Shown: positions 1-13,175 of the stretch, in pieces
How positions within the stretch are numbered: position 1 is the stretch's first letter
Layout: the number at the start of each line of letters is the position of its first letter
Origin: Lama glama
Lineage: Eukaryota
Reading direction: 5' to 3'
Assembly: GCA_028534125.1 (NCBI GenBank)
Contig: CM052818.1
Location: 49,230,001-49,294,000 of the forward strand
Length of the DNA: 64,000 nt
Notes under the pieces: generated by a model
The model's input: only the letters and a program-made list of their open reading frames with translations
The model's database searches: none
Told to the model about the DNA's origin: nothing
Translations under genes and position numbers: made by a program

Positions 1-974
1 ATAGATACCTGTACGTATTTTCAGTGACTACTATCTCAGTGTATGCGTAATGCAGGTATCTTGTAAGGAGTATCCCTATTCCCTTTCTTCTGTTTCCTAT
101 AACATTGCTATTATTTATTTCACTAATGCATATGCCATAAACACCAATACATTATTTCTATCATTACTTTGAATGGATATCTATTAGGTCAACTGAGTAT
201 AAGAAAAATAAAATATTTTATTTTTCCTTCATTTATTTGCTTTGTGATGTGCCTTATATTATTTTTATTCTGAGTAAAAATTCCTTTTAAGTTTTGTTAT
301 TTTTTTGACAGGGCTATTCTGTTGGTGATGAGATCCCTCAGCTTTTGTTTGTCTGAAAAAGTCTTTCTTTCTCCCTTTTGAAAGATAATTTTGATTGATA
401 TAGATTTTTTTTCTTTCAACACTTTCAGCATTTTACTTCACTCTCTTCTTGTTTGAGTGTTTTCTGTCAAGAAGTTAGATAAAATTTCCCCCCAGCCTCT
501 TTCAAGATTTTCTGTTTGTCATTGGATCTAAGATGATTTATTGTATGACATTAGTTTAAAAAAATATCAGCTATTATGTCAAACATTTATTAGCTCCATT
601 TTTCCTTTCTTCTCTTTTTAATATTCCAGCTCCCATATGTTATCCCTTTTGCAAGTTCCACAATTCTTGGATATTTTGTTCTTTTTATTTTCAGTCCAAT
701 TTCTTTGCTTTTTAGTTTAGGAAATTGCTATTGACCTATCTTGAAGCTCACTGATCCTTTCTTTGCTCAGCCATGTCTAGTCTACCGATGAACCCAAAAA
801 AGACGTTATTAAAATTTCCATTACAGTATTTTTGATTCTTAGTTGTGCCTTTTGATTACTTCATAAAACTCCTTTTTGCTTCACATCGCCCTTCTTTTCC
901 TGCATGTGACCTACTTTTTCCATTCGAGGCCTTGATGTGTTTGTCATAGTAATTTTAAAGTTCCCTCTCTGATA

Positions 975-1563
975 ACCCAGAGCTAAAGTATGAAGTCAAA
1001 GCACAGTCCTCCAGCCAACTGAGCTCAGACTTCTGACCCCAACTGCAATTAGCGTCCAACTTCAACGACAGAGAGAAGAGTTCACACAAGACAACCCCCA
1101 CTTCTGACACCTACTGCAAGTTTGCCCTCCACTTAGACAACTTACTGGAAACACAGAACTCACTGAAAGCTGTTATGCTCACAGATACGGTCAATTACAG
1201 GGTAGGGGTACGAATTAGAACCAGCCCAGAGTTGTGCAGAGTGCAGTCCAGGGGGCATTCTAACACAAAGCTTCCGTTGTCCCCAGAATGCATTCCCCTC
1301 CCAGCATCAGTGTATAGCCGCACGTCAGTGTGGAGTGTAGCCAGCCTGGTTTTCGTCCCACCCCCTGGGAGGCCATGCTGACACCCTGTGGACCGAGGGG
1401 CTTGGTATGGCTCACCTCAGCAGCATGAACAGCCAGATGTGGTTTGAGGGCCTCACCTTGTGTAACAAGGATACTTTTATCACTCAGAACTTCCAAGGAC
1501 TTCGAGAGAGCTGAGGACAGAGACCAGATCTGTGACTGATCAAGGCCAGATTCTTCACTGTTC
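975..1563. mobile_element. MER21-like solo LTR
   Basis: Recalled MER21 motifs: ccccacttctgacacc, cacagaactcactgaaagctgttatgctcacagatacgg, ttatcactcagaacttccaagg. Boundaries approximate. Confidence 0.75.
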
Positions 1564-2390
1564 AATGATGCTCCCAAATCTGTCTTCTATCTGAGTCTGG
1601 TTCAGACACCTACTTTCTATCTTAAGTCTTTTTTTTTCAGTTTTCTTGTTTTGTTTTTTTCCCCCCACTGTTGCTTAGTTTCCTAAGACCTCTTTCCTAA
1701 TAGGGTCTATATCTTGCAGCAGCTTCTGCTACTATCCGATACTATTTTATTAGAGTCTTTTGATATGATGTCAAGGTATGGGGCTGGGGGAACACATAAA
1801 TTCTGTAATCGTATGATTGCACATATGTCTGTTGGTGGGCATGGGTTCCTGTGCTGAGATCTTCAGAAATTTTCTTAACCTTTTTATCCTTCCCTTTGAT
1901 GAGACAGGGAGGCTAGAGGACTCTAGATTGGATAACTGCCCTTGCACGTGCTTGGTGAGGATCTGGTCATGGTTTTGTGTTTGGGTTTTTTTGTTTTGTT
2001 TTGTTTTGTTTCCCTTGGAGAGTATAGCTTTGCTATTGCCAACGCCCTAAGAATATTTTAGAACATTCACTTTTCTCCTTCCCTCCCAGAAGCAAGAGGG
2101 CGTTTTCCTTAGGTCTTAACTGCAAGAACCTGGTGGAGTTTCTGGAAGTAAAACATATGAAAGTCTGAGTGTCCTCCTAAGACTGGGTTCCCAGTAGCTC
2201 TCACTCTTCAGCTAGTCCATAGTCAGCCTCCGGCAACTCTCCAAATGACCACTGAAGTATTTCTCCAGTTTATGGCTTGAGCCACTGCTTCTCCTGACAA
2301 AGCGATCTCTGATGAGATTCTGTACATTCATTTCTCTGCCCAGATTTCAAGGTGACTCTTTGCCCTGTGCCACCATTTCTCTGACGGGTC

Positions 2391-2873
2391 TGTCCCCTGG
2401 GAAAAGATGCACAGTGTGGGAGTTCTGAGTTAAGTTTCATTTGGGACAAAATGAGGTCTATAGCCTGGCTGACAACATCTCAGAGAGTTCTAAGGAACTT
2501 CTCTGAAGAGAGAAAGGGGGAGGTCAGGCTATGTGTGAGTTTTCGTGAAGGGGGATGTGTGCAATCAAGCACATATTTTGGCAGAATTCTGCTGCTAGTC
2601 ACAAGGAGTTTGAGGAGCAGATGTCTCCATTAATGATTTTAGTGCCTTTCTAGATATGAGAAGATGCAAAAAATTGGGCCCATAAAGTCTTCTCCAGAGA
2701 AAAAAATCTAATTATCCGACGGCCTCTTCTGCTAGTTTTTCCCAGAACACAGAGTGCCTCGTTCCTGATCTCCACCTTGGATTCTGTTCAAGGAGTGTTG
2801 AAGATCAGGACTGCAGTGGACAGTGACCTAGTCCATGTAGAGTCGGATGGCAAGTGACAATTTTTAGTTGGCA
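2391..2873. mobile_element. ERV1 solo LTR, MER41-like (cetartiodactyl type)
   Basis: TG...CA termini; 4-bp TSD GGTC at 2387-2390 and 2874-2877; internal acagagtgcctcgttcctgatctccacc and ggcaagtgacaatttttagttggca resemble MER41_BT-like LTRs. Confidence 0.8.
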
Positions 2874-3324
2874 GGTCCAAGAAACTCGATGGATTTTCAG
2901 TTTATTCAGCTTTTTTCTTTTTTCCTTCCTGTTGTAAGAAGAGTGTGATGACTGCCAATCCCTTTATATGTTGAAGATAACTGTTTTGCTTCCTTTAAAT
3001 ACTTTTTAAAAATAAGTAAAAGTGAGATAATTTTGTTATATGTTGCTGTAGCTTCTAACTGAACATACAAATACGAATTTTCACTTAACTATATATTTCC
3101 ATACCTTTAAGCACTTTTTTCCCCTCAGGTATACTTTATCAAATGCTTAGCCTTTTCTATTGCTGTGAGTCACTCCAGTGTACTTGCTTCTGGTTTTCAT
3201 TTTAAAATGTTTAATTGAAACATCTTAAACATACAGACGATTGTAGAAGATAAGGTATCAGTGAGATACTCAATAAGAAGGTTAAATAGGTATTAAATGT
3301 TGATATGTTTTCTTTCTTGAATCT

Positions 3325-3870
3325 TTAATTTTTTTCTTCCAGTTTTATTGAGATACATTGACACACATTACTGCATGAGTGTAAGGTGTACAGCATGATG
3401 ATTTGACTTATATACACCATAAATGATGACCACAGTAAGTTTAGTAGACATCCGTCATCTCGTTTAGATACAAAATTTTTAAAAGAAAGAATTGTTTTTC
3501 CTTGTGGGAACTCTTAGGATTTATTCTCTTAGCAACGTTCATGTACAGCATACAGCAGTGTTAATTATATTAATCATGCTTTACACTACATCCCTAGTGC
3601 TTTAATTTACAACTGGAAGTTTATACTTTATGACTGCCTTCATTCAATGCCCATAACCACAAATCTGATCTCTTTTTCTATGTTTGTTCATTTGTTTTTG
3701 AAGCACAATGGACCCACACGCTGTGTTAGTTCCTGGCACACAACATAGTGGTTTGACATTCCCACACATTACAAAATGATCACCAGGACAAGTCCAGTGA
3801 CCATCTGCCACCGGACCAAGATGCTGCATTACCACTGACTCCGCTGCACTGCACTCCACTGTGTCTGGAT
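3325..3870 (-). mobile_element. L1 3' end (L1MA9/laurasiatherian type)
   Basis: Poly-T followed by ttttattgagatacattgacacac...gtaaggtgtacagcatgatgatttgac, a typical antisense L1 3' UTR. Confidence 0.8.
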
Positions 3871-3974
3871 GTTTTTAAGTACCAGAATTTAGTGACATGT
3901 GCTGTAGTTGTTCCATGCATTGATGGACTTTACACTCCAATAGTCCTGGGTTAGAGCCCTAAGTCCAGCATTGT

Positions 3975-6000
3975 TGAGCTCTTTGTTTTTCAAATAAATA
4001 ACTAGGCCCTCTGCAAATAAGAAGAGTTTTATTTCTCTCCTTTCAACCTAGATCCCTTTTCTTTTTCTTGCCTTATTGCGCTTGCTACATACAGTCCCCA
4101 GTGTAATGTTAAATAAAGGTTGATTTCATTGCTCGATCTATGAATGAGAAATCGACTGTGCATCCCTGGGACGAATCTCACTTGTTAATGATGCAGGGTC
4201 TTTTTATATATTGTTGGACAGACATAGTATTGAATTTTGTTAAAATTTGGCTGAAAATTACTGTGTCTATGTTCATGAGGACTAGCGATACCTCATTTTG
4301 TTTGTTTTTTTTTTTTTCCCTTGTTCCTTCTCTTCGCCTGTTTGGTATTCAAATAAAGCTGAGCTCATAGAATGAATTAGGAAGTATCTTCACATCTTCC
4401 AGTTTGGGGAAATACTTGTGTAGGTTGGTATTATTTCTCCCTTGAGTGTTTGGTGAGATCAACAATGATGGCATGTGAACATGCGGTTTTCTTCACAGGA
4501 GACTTTTTAAGTAAAGATGCAATTCGACTTCTTTATTAGGTATAGGCTATTCAGGTTTTCCATTTTTCTTGAGTGACTTTTCGCAGCTTATTTTTTTTTA
4601 AGAAATGTGCCTATTTTATCCAAGTCACCACATTTATTGTTAAAAAGCTATTCACAGTATCTTATTTATCCTTTAACTGCCCATAAAATAGCATTGATGT
4701 TGCCTCTCTACTTCCTGATGTTGGTAATTTGTATCTTATTTCTCTTTTTTCCTTGTCAGTCTTACTAGAGATTTTCAACAATACTGATCTCCATGAACCA
4801 TCTTTCCTTTTCAGTGATTTCTCTATTTTTTTGTGTGCAGTCTTACTGATTTCTCCTGTGATCCTTGTTATTTCCCTATTCCACTTGTTTTTGGTTTGAT
4901 TTGATTTTTTCTAGTTTCTTAAAGTCCAGTATAAGTTTATTGACTTGATTTGTTTCTTATATTCTAAAATAGTCATTTAGCATTATAAATATCCCTCTAA
5001 TTACTGCTTTCTCAGCATGCCACAAGTGTCCATGTGCTTATGCTTTCATTTTCATTCAATTCTCAAACTTTATAACATTCTCTTTGATTTCTTTGTTGAT
5101 GGGTGGAGTCATTTAGCAGTGTTAGTTTCCAAAATTGGGAGATAACGAGATACCATTCTGTTACTGAATTCTAAATCAAATGTACTCAGAGAATATACTT
5201 TTGTATGAATTGAATCCATTTAAATTCAGTGATAATTTTTGCAGCTCAGGAAATAATCTACCTTAATGAACGTCTCACATACACATGGAAAGAATGTATG
5301 CTTTGCTATTGTTGAGTGAAATGTTCTATAAGCATCAGTTAGGTCAAATTATTTGATAGGGTTATTTGAGATGTCCATTTTTTAGCCAATTTTCTGACTA
5401 ATTGTTATAGCCATAGTTAGAGATGGGTACTGAAAGGTCCTGCTATAAATTGGATTTATCTCTGTCTCCTTGCTGTTGCATGGGTTTTGCTTCATGTATG
5501 TTGAAACTCTGTTATTGGGTCCATTAATGTTTAAGAACATTGTTTTCTCTTGATGAACTGACACATTTGTCATTATGAAATGACCTCTATACCTCTGAAA
5601 AAAATTTTGATCTGAAATTGACTTTGACAAATATTAACATAGTCCCTCTTTTTGACTTTTTAAAAGTATTTTTTATGTGTTATATCTTTTTTATCCAATT
5701 TCATTTAGCCTATTAATATATTTATAATATAGTACATTTCTTCTAAAGGAACACGCAGTTGAATCTTGCTTACTTATCCAAATTGACAAGCTCTGACTTT
5801 GAGGTGTTTAGTCCAATTATATTTATGTAATGGTTGATGTGGTTAGGTTTCCATTCTACGATATTTCTATTTTTTTCTTATTTCTATTCTGTGTTTCCTT
5901 TTTTCTATCTTTTTTTTTACAATTTTCTTTTCTTTTGTTACCTTTTTGTCTATATTATTTCAAGTATTTTAGTGTGCCCATTAGAACCTCTTATTGATTT
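3975..6000 (-). mobile_element. Ancient L1 ORF2 fragment (endonuclease and following region)
   Basis: Minus-strand ORF 5382-5630 reads GHFIMTNVSVHQEKTMFLNINGPNNRVSTYMKQ, matching the L1 endonuclease segment GHYIMIKGSIQQEDITILNIYAPN; no long ORF survives. Confidence 0.85.
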
Positions 6001-9000
6001 TTTTTTTTTAACTCTAGAATTCAGGCACGAACCAGAGGTCACAAATTGGGGACAATCTAAATGGGTCACAGAGAACTACATTCAAATCCATGTGTATGTT
6101 TTGCCCAAGATCTGGTTCCTCAGAACAAACACGGATCTGTGGATGGGCTGCTCCCTGAAGGTCACAGGGTCACAGGAGCCTATGCAATGGTGGCCAGCTT
6201 GCTCTTCCCACGGTTTCAAGATGTTCCTTGAAACTTAGCGATTACTGTTTAACAAACTTGACTCAAATCATATAGAGCTCCTGGCAGAACGCATCTTTAA
6301 GGTGCAATATTTTCTTCAAGTAGCCTCCGTAAAAATCACCTTACAGAATATATGTTCTGTATGTTCCGAATAAAACATCTAGAAATAGTGACAGTATTCA
6401 GCATTAACAGGCTCTCCTGACCACCTGACACTCTATTTAAAGGTGAAATTACTCTTTATATAGAAAAGTGGATTACATTTCACATGAGTTAAGATAAGTT
6501 AGAAACAAACTGGTTTTATCTCATGCAGGAGGGTAACAATTATAAAGTGGCCACGGGGATGTATAAAATAACACCAGAATTCCTAGAAAGGTCCTCCATT
6601 TCAATATTTGTGTAGACTTTGCTTTAATCTCTTTACAAATAAGGAACGCTGTCTGCCTTTGTAAAAAGCATCCACAACAAAACACTTTAAAATTCAGTTC
6701 TGTGAGATCTGGAACAGAAAAGAAATCCCCGAGGGACCCATGTGTATAAAACTTGACAAGTTAGTATTTCTTCAGGAATGTGTTTTCAAAATTTTTTCAT
6801 AAAGAAGCAATCTCTACATTCTAACAACTAATAGCTGAGCTGATGACTGCGGAAGAGAAAACTGGGTGATTTTTTAAATAATTTGACCCTTAAAATCCCT
6901 CCTGTGGAAGGCTCAAATTATCTGGATGGGCTGTCATGGAAACCGGTGATCAATTTAGATAACCATCTCCGCTGACAAAGGAGGTCTACAGAGCTGGGGC
7001 AACCCTCTGTGCGGCTTCAGTCAGCTGCAGCCCCTGCCCCACCGCACCCCTGCTGCACACGCCCCAGCCCAGTTCCCTCCTGCTTCCAGTCGATGTTTAA
7101 GGTAGGGGAGAGGTAGAAACTGGCATTCCCACAGGTTAACTGTTTTTGCTCGTCATCGGAAGCATGGCCTGAGAACTGATTTAAAGTATGAGGAATTGCT
7201 TACCAAAGCCCCACTGCAGGCCATTTAAACTGGACTTCACTTCTTAAAAGTAAAAGGTGAATATGTGACATCGCACAGGGCTCAGGGAGCTCGTTTCATT
7301 TCAGTTTTTTGCAATTAGAAATCCAAGTTTCTACTCGGAGAAAAAATTAAAAGGCTGTCAAACAGAAATGCTGTGAACCAGGCCCAAAGAGACAGGAAAA
7401 GTAACTGTAATCAGAATAGAATCGGGGTGACCGCTTTTTATGAGCGCACTTCTCTGTGCTGTCATGCGTCTTTATTTCAGTGCCGGTGCCAGTCCCTGAT
7501 GCAGCCCAAATAATTCATCTGTGTTCACTGTAAAGTCCTGTTGGAAGGCACCTGATGCTTTACTAGGGCGCTGTTAAGCCGCACTCGGGAGATTAAAATT
7601 CCATACTTTTGTTTGATCTAGTGATTCTCTATGGAACTAATTAAGGGAATCTTAGGGTTTTTCATGTTTTTCCAAAATTGTATGCATATCCTCAAGTGGA
7701 CTTTACAAAACTGAATTGTGAGAACTTTATATTTCAGCTTTTAAATAAATAGTCTGATAAAATGTGTAAGAGATTTAAATGATAATATACACAAGTGAAA
7801 TTTGAGGCTGGATGAAAATATAGACAAAAGTGTTTAAATTTTCATGAGAAAGGAAGTCACGGGTGAAGATGATGTGGCGTCTGCTTTTGAAGGAATCCTT
7901 CATCCGCACTGTACAGCTGCATGGGAAGACTGGAAACAGGGTGGATGTTTCTTGGCAGCTTTATTTTTTATCTATACTCTGCTAGGTAGGTTCTGTAAAC
8001 TTTTTAAAAAATGTGATGAATATAAAATGTACATCTATTAATACACAACAAAGGTAATTTAATTAGGTCAATCCACATCATATAAATGGAGGATGTACAT
8101 ACTGAAGTCATGAGACATAGTATGCATTTTAAGTTAGTATTAACTTTGAGATAATATTTCCTGGAGGCCAAAAAAACCAAAAAAATGCCCACGTGCACAT
8201 TTATGCCGTTCCTACTTTCTGAATGAAGGAAGGAAGTAGTTTCTTTAGAAAATGGAAATGTTTGCATGGAGCCAAAATCTTCAAGGTATTAATCATATAT
8301 GGCTTTACATAGAGAGGTAATAAAATATCACAGTCTGAGTAAAGATAATAAAGTAAATGTGAAAAAGTGACAATGAGTAAAAGCTAAGGACATTATTTGA
8401 ATGTCTCTGTTAGTGACTATTTTTGTGAGGGTTGGAACTAACTAGACTTATTTAGTTTTCCTATTTCTAGTGACCGAAGAATAAACTGGAAGGCTATGTC
8501 AATCTGAATAAAAACTGTCTGGTTAATGCTTTTGACTTCGTAGCTACAGGAAACTCTTAGAGATTAATCACACAGTTGCTCTTCCTGTTAGATTAGCATT
8601 TGACTCAGGATAAACATACTTAGTATTCACCAAGCATAAAACAGACCCCATAAGAGATGTTTGAGTTCTGGGTCCAGAAAAGAAAAGAAGGAGTAGATAT
8701 GTTTCACTTAGTCTTTTCCAGTGAAAACACCTGTGAACTGGGAACAGCTCCTTGAAGCAGCTGTCTGAGGACTCGACAAAGTAAGCAGTAGCAGGTGACT
8801 TGAAGAGGACCGCCTGAATTTGAAGTTGCACTGAGCTGGCCGTGAGTTTAAAGTTTTCCTTCTCCTTTTGGATTTTCTAGCTGGGAATCAAAGCATCTAG
8901 AGATCCAGAGGTGGGCAGCAGCGGAGAGCGAGCGGTGGGAGCAGCCCTGCAGGTGTGAGCGGCTGGAAGGTGGCTCCCCGGCCAGGACAGCCGCGTTGGT

Positions 9001-9865
9001 GGTACGTGTAAGTGAAACTCAGAGGGAGGGAGCGAGGCCTCCTCTCCAACGGAGGAGGTGGGGTTCAAGAGAAGGGGGTAAACTTGTTGCTTCTTTTCTG
9101 TCACTGTGTTTCCATTGCTTGGCACCAAATGTGGGTACAGTTTCGAGAAGTGTGGCAAAGCAGGATGAGTAGAGTCCAAAGTTCACAGCTGAAGGAGCAG
9201 AGGGAGCCCCAAGAAATGGGAAGTCACCAGGGGATCACAGACGCGGAGGGGCTTGTGGCGGTGACCGCACACCACCACACGTGGTCGTCGGGGCCCAGCT
9301 CTGAAGGACACATGCAGGACTCGCATCCTAGTTAGCAAACCAAACAGGGAGGAGCTACCGGGTAGACATCCTTCCAGGTCCCACGCTGAGCCCTGGGAGA
9401 CGCACCCCTGGAAAGATCTGAACGGCACCAAAAAGGCTTTGAAAACTGAACACAACTTTGGAATCTGAAACTAAGCCTGTCAGTTGCCTGCTAAATCAGA
9501 AGCACCAGCACCACGCAAGCCTGCTAGTCTCATAACGGAGTATTTGAAACGCACAGGGGACAGTCTAAAGGTACTTATTACCAAAAGAACCACAAACATC
9601 CCCATTAGTGAAAAAGACAATCAACTGACAAATCCCAATGACGATATAATGCAGATGTTGAAATGTTAGAGCAAGGACTTTAAATCATCTGTTACAAAAG
9701 TGCTGAAAGAGCTACTGTTGAAACAACATTAATTTAGAAAGTGTTATCTAAACAATTCTAAAGGAGATATCAGGAAAAACCTGGAAATAAAAAATGTGAT
9801 AATAAAATAAAAACTGACTAGGTGGAATGGATAGACTAATGGATATGTAAAAGCAAAGAAAAACT

Positions 9866-10495
9866 CTGAAGTAGGGTTTCTGCTGGATATATGCCCAGGA
9901 GCGGGATTCCTGGGTCATATGGTAAGACACCTGCACCCCAGTGTTCATAGCAACACTATTTACAACAGCCAAGACATGGAGTCAGCCTAAATGTCCATCA
10001 ACAGATGACTGGATAAAGAAGATGTGGTATGTTTATACAATGGAATACTATTCAGCCAGAAAAACTGACAACAAAACATCATTTAAAGCAACATGGATGT
10101 TCCTGGAGAATGTCATTCTAAGTGAAGTGAGCCAGAAAGAGAAAGAAAAATACTATATCAGATCGCTCATATGCAAAATCTAAAAAAACAAAACAAAAAA
10201 ACATAAGTACAAAACAGAAACAGACTCATAGACATACAATACAAACTTGTGGTTGCCAGAGGGATGGGGGGGTGGGAAGGGACAGACTGAGATTTCAAAA
10301 TGTAGAATAGATAAACAAGACTGTACTGTGTAGCACAGGGAAATATCTACAGGATCTTGTGGTGGCTCACAGCGAAAAAGAATGTGACAATGAATGTATG
10401 TATGTTCATGTATAACTGAAAAATTGTGCTCTATGCTGGAATTTGATACAACATTGTAAAATGATTATAACTCAATAAAAAATGTTAAAAAAAGA
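9866..10495 (+). mobile_element. Young 5'-truncated L1 3' end (camelid-type) with inverted 5' segment
   Basis: ORF 9941-10183 (MFIATLFTTAKTWSQPKCPSTDDWIKKMWYVYTMEYYSA) is the L1 ORF2 C-terminus; 9866-~9925 is antisense L1; 3' UTR ends ctcaataaaaaatgttaaaaaaa. Confidence 0.9.
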
Positions 10496-10680
10496 TATAC
10501 AAAAATATATATATATATATATATATATATTGTACAACACAGGGAATATAGCCAATATTTTATAATAACTATAAATAGAATATAACCTTTAACATTGTGA
10601 ATTACTATATTGTACACTTGTAACTTATATAATATTGTATAGCAACTATACTTCAATAAAAATATATAAAGAGTAAAAGA
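10496..10680 (+). mobile_element. (TA)n tract plus a second, different L1 3' terminus
   Basis: tgtacaacacagggaatatagccaatattt...gcaactatacttcaataaaa followed by an A-rich tail. Confidence 0.8.
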
Positions 10681-13104
10681 AAAAGGAAAGAAAAACTAAT
10701 AGAAATATATTTTCAAAGACAAACAATGGAGTCTTGGAAACCTGTAGGATATTAGCAAAAGAGAAAATGTTTACATCACCAGAGTTCCAGGAGAGGGGAC
10801 AGAGGGCAGCACAAAACAACTTTGTTGAAGAAATAATGACTGAAAATCTTCCAGATTTGGTGAAAGATGAAAGCATACCAACGTTTGATGCTCATTGAAT
10901 TCAAGCACCAAAATTAAAAGAAATCCAATCAATTACTTAAAACTGAAGTCAAATAAAAAGAAAGAAAATGGATTCATTATTTGCCAGGAGGACAACAATT
11001 TTAGTGGTTGCAGATATCTCATCAGAAACTTTGAAAGGCAAAAATGAAATGAAACAGTATGTTTAAAATGCTGAAAGAGAGGAACTATAAACCCAAAATT
11101 CTGTATCGACTAACAATATCCTTCAGGAATTAATACGACATAAAGACATTCTTAATAAGGAAACACTAAAAACAAAAAATCCATTGAGAGCAGATTATTC
11201 TAGAAGAATTACTAAAGGTGATTCCTGGCCCAGGGAAATGACTTGATTGGAACGTTAGGCCAGCAGGGATGAAGGAGGAGCAGCAAGCGTGGATCTGGAG
11301 AAACATAATACATCGTTCTTCCACTGCGCTCTTCAAACTGGCCATGGAAAGCAAATGAAAATAACATTTTCTAACATGATTGCCAACGTACATAGATTAA
11401 TATGTATGACACTTAAAAATATGCCATAGGTATTGCGTAGGGTAAAGGGACCTATACGGTGGCGAGGTTCCTACACCGTATTTAAAGTGGCAAAATGTTG
11501 GTTATAAGTAGACTGTAAAAAGTATGCAAATCTATTGTCATTACAAGATAAAACACTGAAAATTATAAAGAGAAATAGTGAAAAATCACATCAGGTAAAT
11601 TAAAATGAAACTATATTTAAAGTTAAAATAATGTAAAGTAGGAGGAGAAGAAAAAACAGAAATGTAAAATAGAAGGAAAAAAAACAGTAAGTATTTAAAT
11701 GGTGGTCCTAAATCGAATGTATCAGCCATACATTGCAAGTAAGTCATCCACCACAGTAATGAAAAGACAGATTAAATAAAAACAGATTTTTAAAAAGTAA
11801 TTAACTGCTTTCATCTACAAGAAACTCACTTCAAACATACCGATAAGCAAGGGTAAGAGGCAGCAGACAGACGAGGATCTATCATGCAAAAACAAAGCGG
11901 AAGAAATCTGGAGCGGCTGCATTAACAATGGGCAAAGCAGACGCAAAGATTTTAAATTATCGTGGATAAATCAGCACATTACACAATGATGAAGGGCCAA
12001 TTATCCAAAAAGAAATAATAATGCAAAGTCTATTTGCACCTGGCCAAGGAACAACAGAGTGCAAAGCTGCATGGAGAGGAACCAGTGATGTGGCTGTTTG
12101 CTGTGTGTGTGCATAGGTTTACTTGGAGAATTTAATACCCCTCTTTCAGGGAACGAAGAAATAGGCAATCAGAGAATCAGCAGGGCTAGGGAAGAACTGA
12201 ATGCCACTGTCCACCAACTGGATTTCATCAGCATTCACAGATCTCTGTTCAGACCTGCAGCAGAGCACACACCTTTTTGCAAGAGCACACGAAACAGTCA
12301 TCCAAAAAGATCCCGTTCATCATCGTAAACCTAGCGAAGCAAATTTCAAAGCATTGAAGCCACACAGAGTATGTTTTGCTGACTTCCATTGAGTTAAAAT
12401 ACAGATCAACAATAGGAAAATAACCTAAGAAGTCAACAGACATTCAGAATCAAACAACAGAATTCCACGGAATCAGGGAGTAGAAGGGGAGCTCTCGACG
12501 ACACTTGTTAAAGCATTTTAAGCTGAACACCTGCATTTAAATGAAAACACAGCAGCGGAGTTTACGAGACGGAGCTGAAGCAGTGCTCAGAGGAAGTTTC
12601 AAAGCAATAAATGCTCACGTAAGAAGAGAAGAAAGGGCGCGAATCCGTCGTCTGCGCTTCTACTGCAGAGAATTAGGAGGGACGGGGAAGCATGATAAAC
12701 CTAAATAATGCAGAAGAAAGAAAATAATGAATATCAAAGCAGGAAACAGTAAAGACAATTGAACCAAAAGCTGGTTCTTTGAAAAGACTAAAAAGAAATT
12801 GACAAACCTCTAGCAAGAGCGACTAAGAGAAGAGAAGCAAACTAGTAAACAAATTATCAATGTAAGAACTTCTTTAAAATTACTACAGTGCACACTAAAT
12901 GTATAAAACATTAACAGTATAATTTTAAAAGACTATGAAAAGTTCTATGAAGGTTAATTGGACAACTTAGAAAAAAATGGATCAATTCCTCAAAAAACAT
13001 AAATTGCCAAAACTTACCTAGTTATAATTAGAGAATCTGAATAATCTTGTAACTACTAGATATATTTAATTGTAGTTAAATGTACCACTTCCTCCCACCT
13101 CCAA

Positions 13105-13175
13105 ATGCGTGCGCATGCATGTGCGCGCGTGCACACACACACACACACAGACATACACGCACACACAAACACACA
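13105..13175. repeat. Alternating purine-pyrimidine tract, (CG)n/(TG)n/(CA)n
   Basis: atgcgtgcgcatgcatgtgcgcgcgtgcacacacac...; perfect alternation over 13105-13149. Confidence 0.9.

Larger units (their letters stand above)
1..2990 (-). mobile_element. Ancient LINE-1 (L1M-type) 5' UTR/ORF1 region, decayed, interrupted by two LTRs
   Basis: T-rich antisense L1-like text (gatccctcagcttttgtttgtctgaaaaagtcttt; tctgagtctggttcaga; gattttcagtttattcagcttttt). The L1 sequence rejoins across the inserts at ~975-1563 and 2391-2873. Confidence 0.8.

Noticed and set aside
6030..6300. Possible old DNA transposon fragment
   Set aside because: Too diverged to assign a family or termini by eye.
9941..10183. 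80-aa ORF as a host gene
   Set aside because: It is the C-terminus of L1 ORF2 in a truncated copy.
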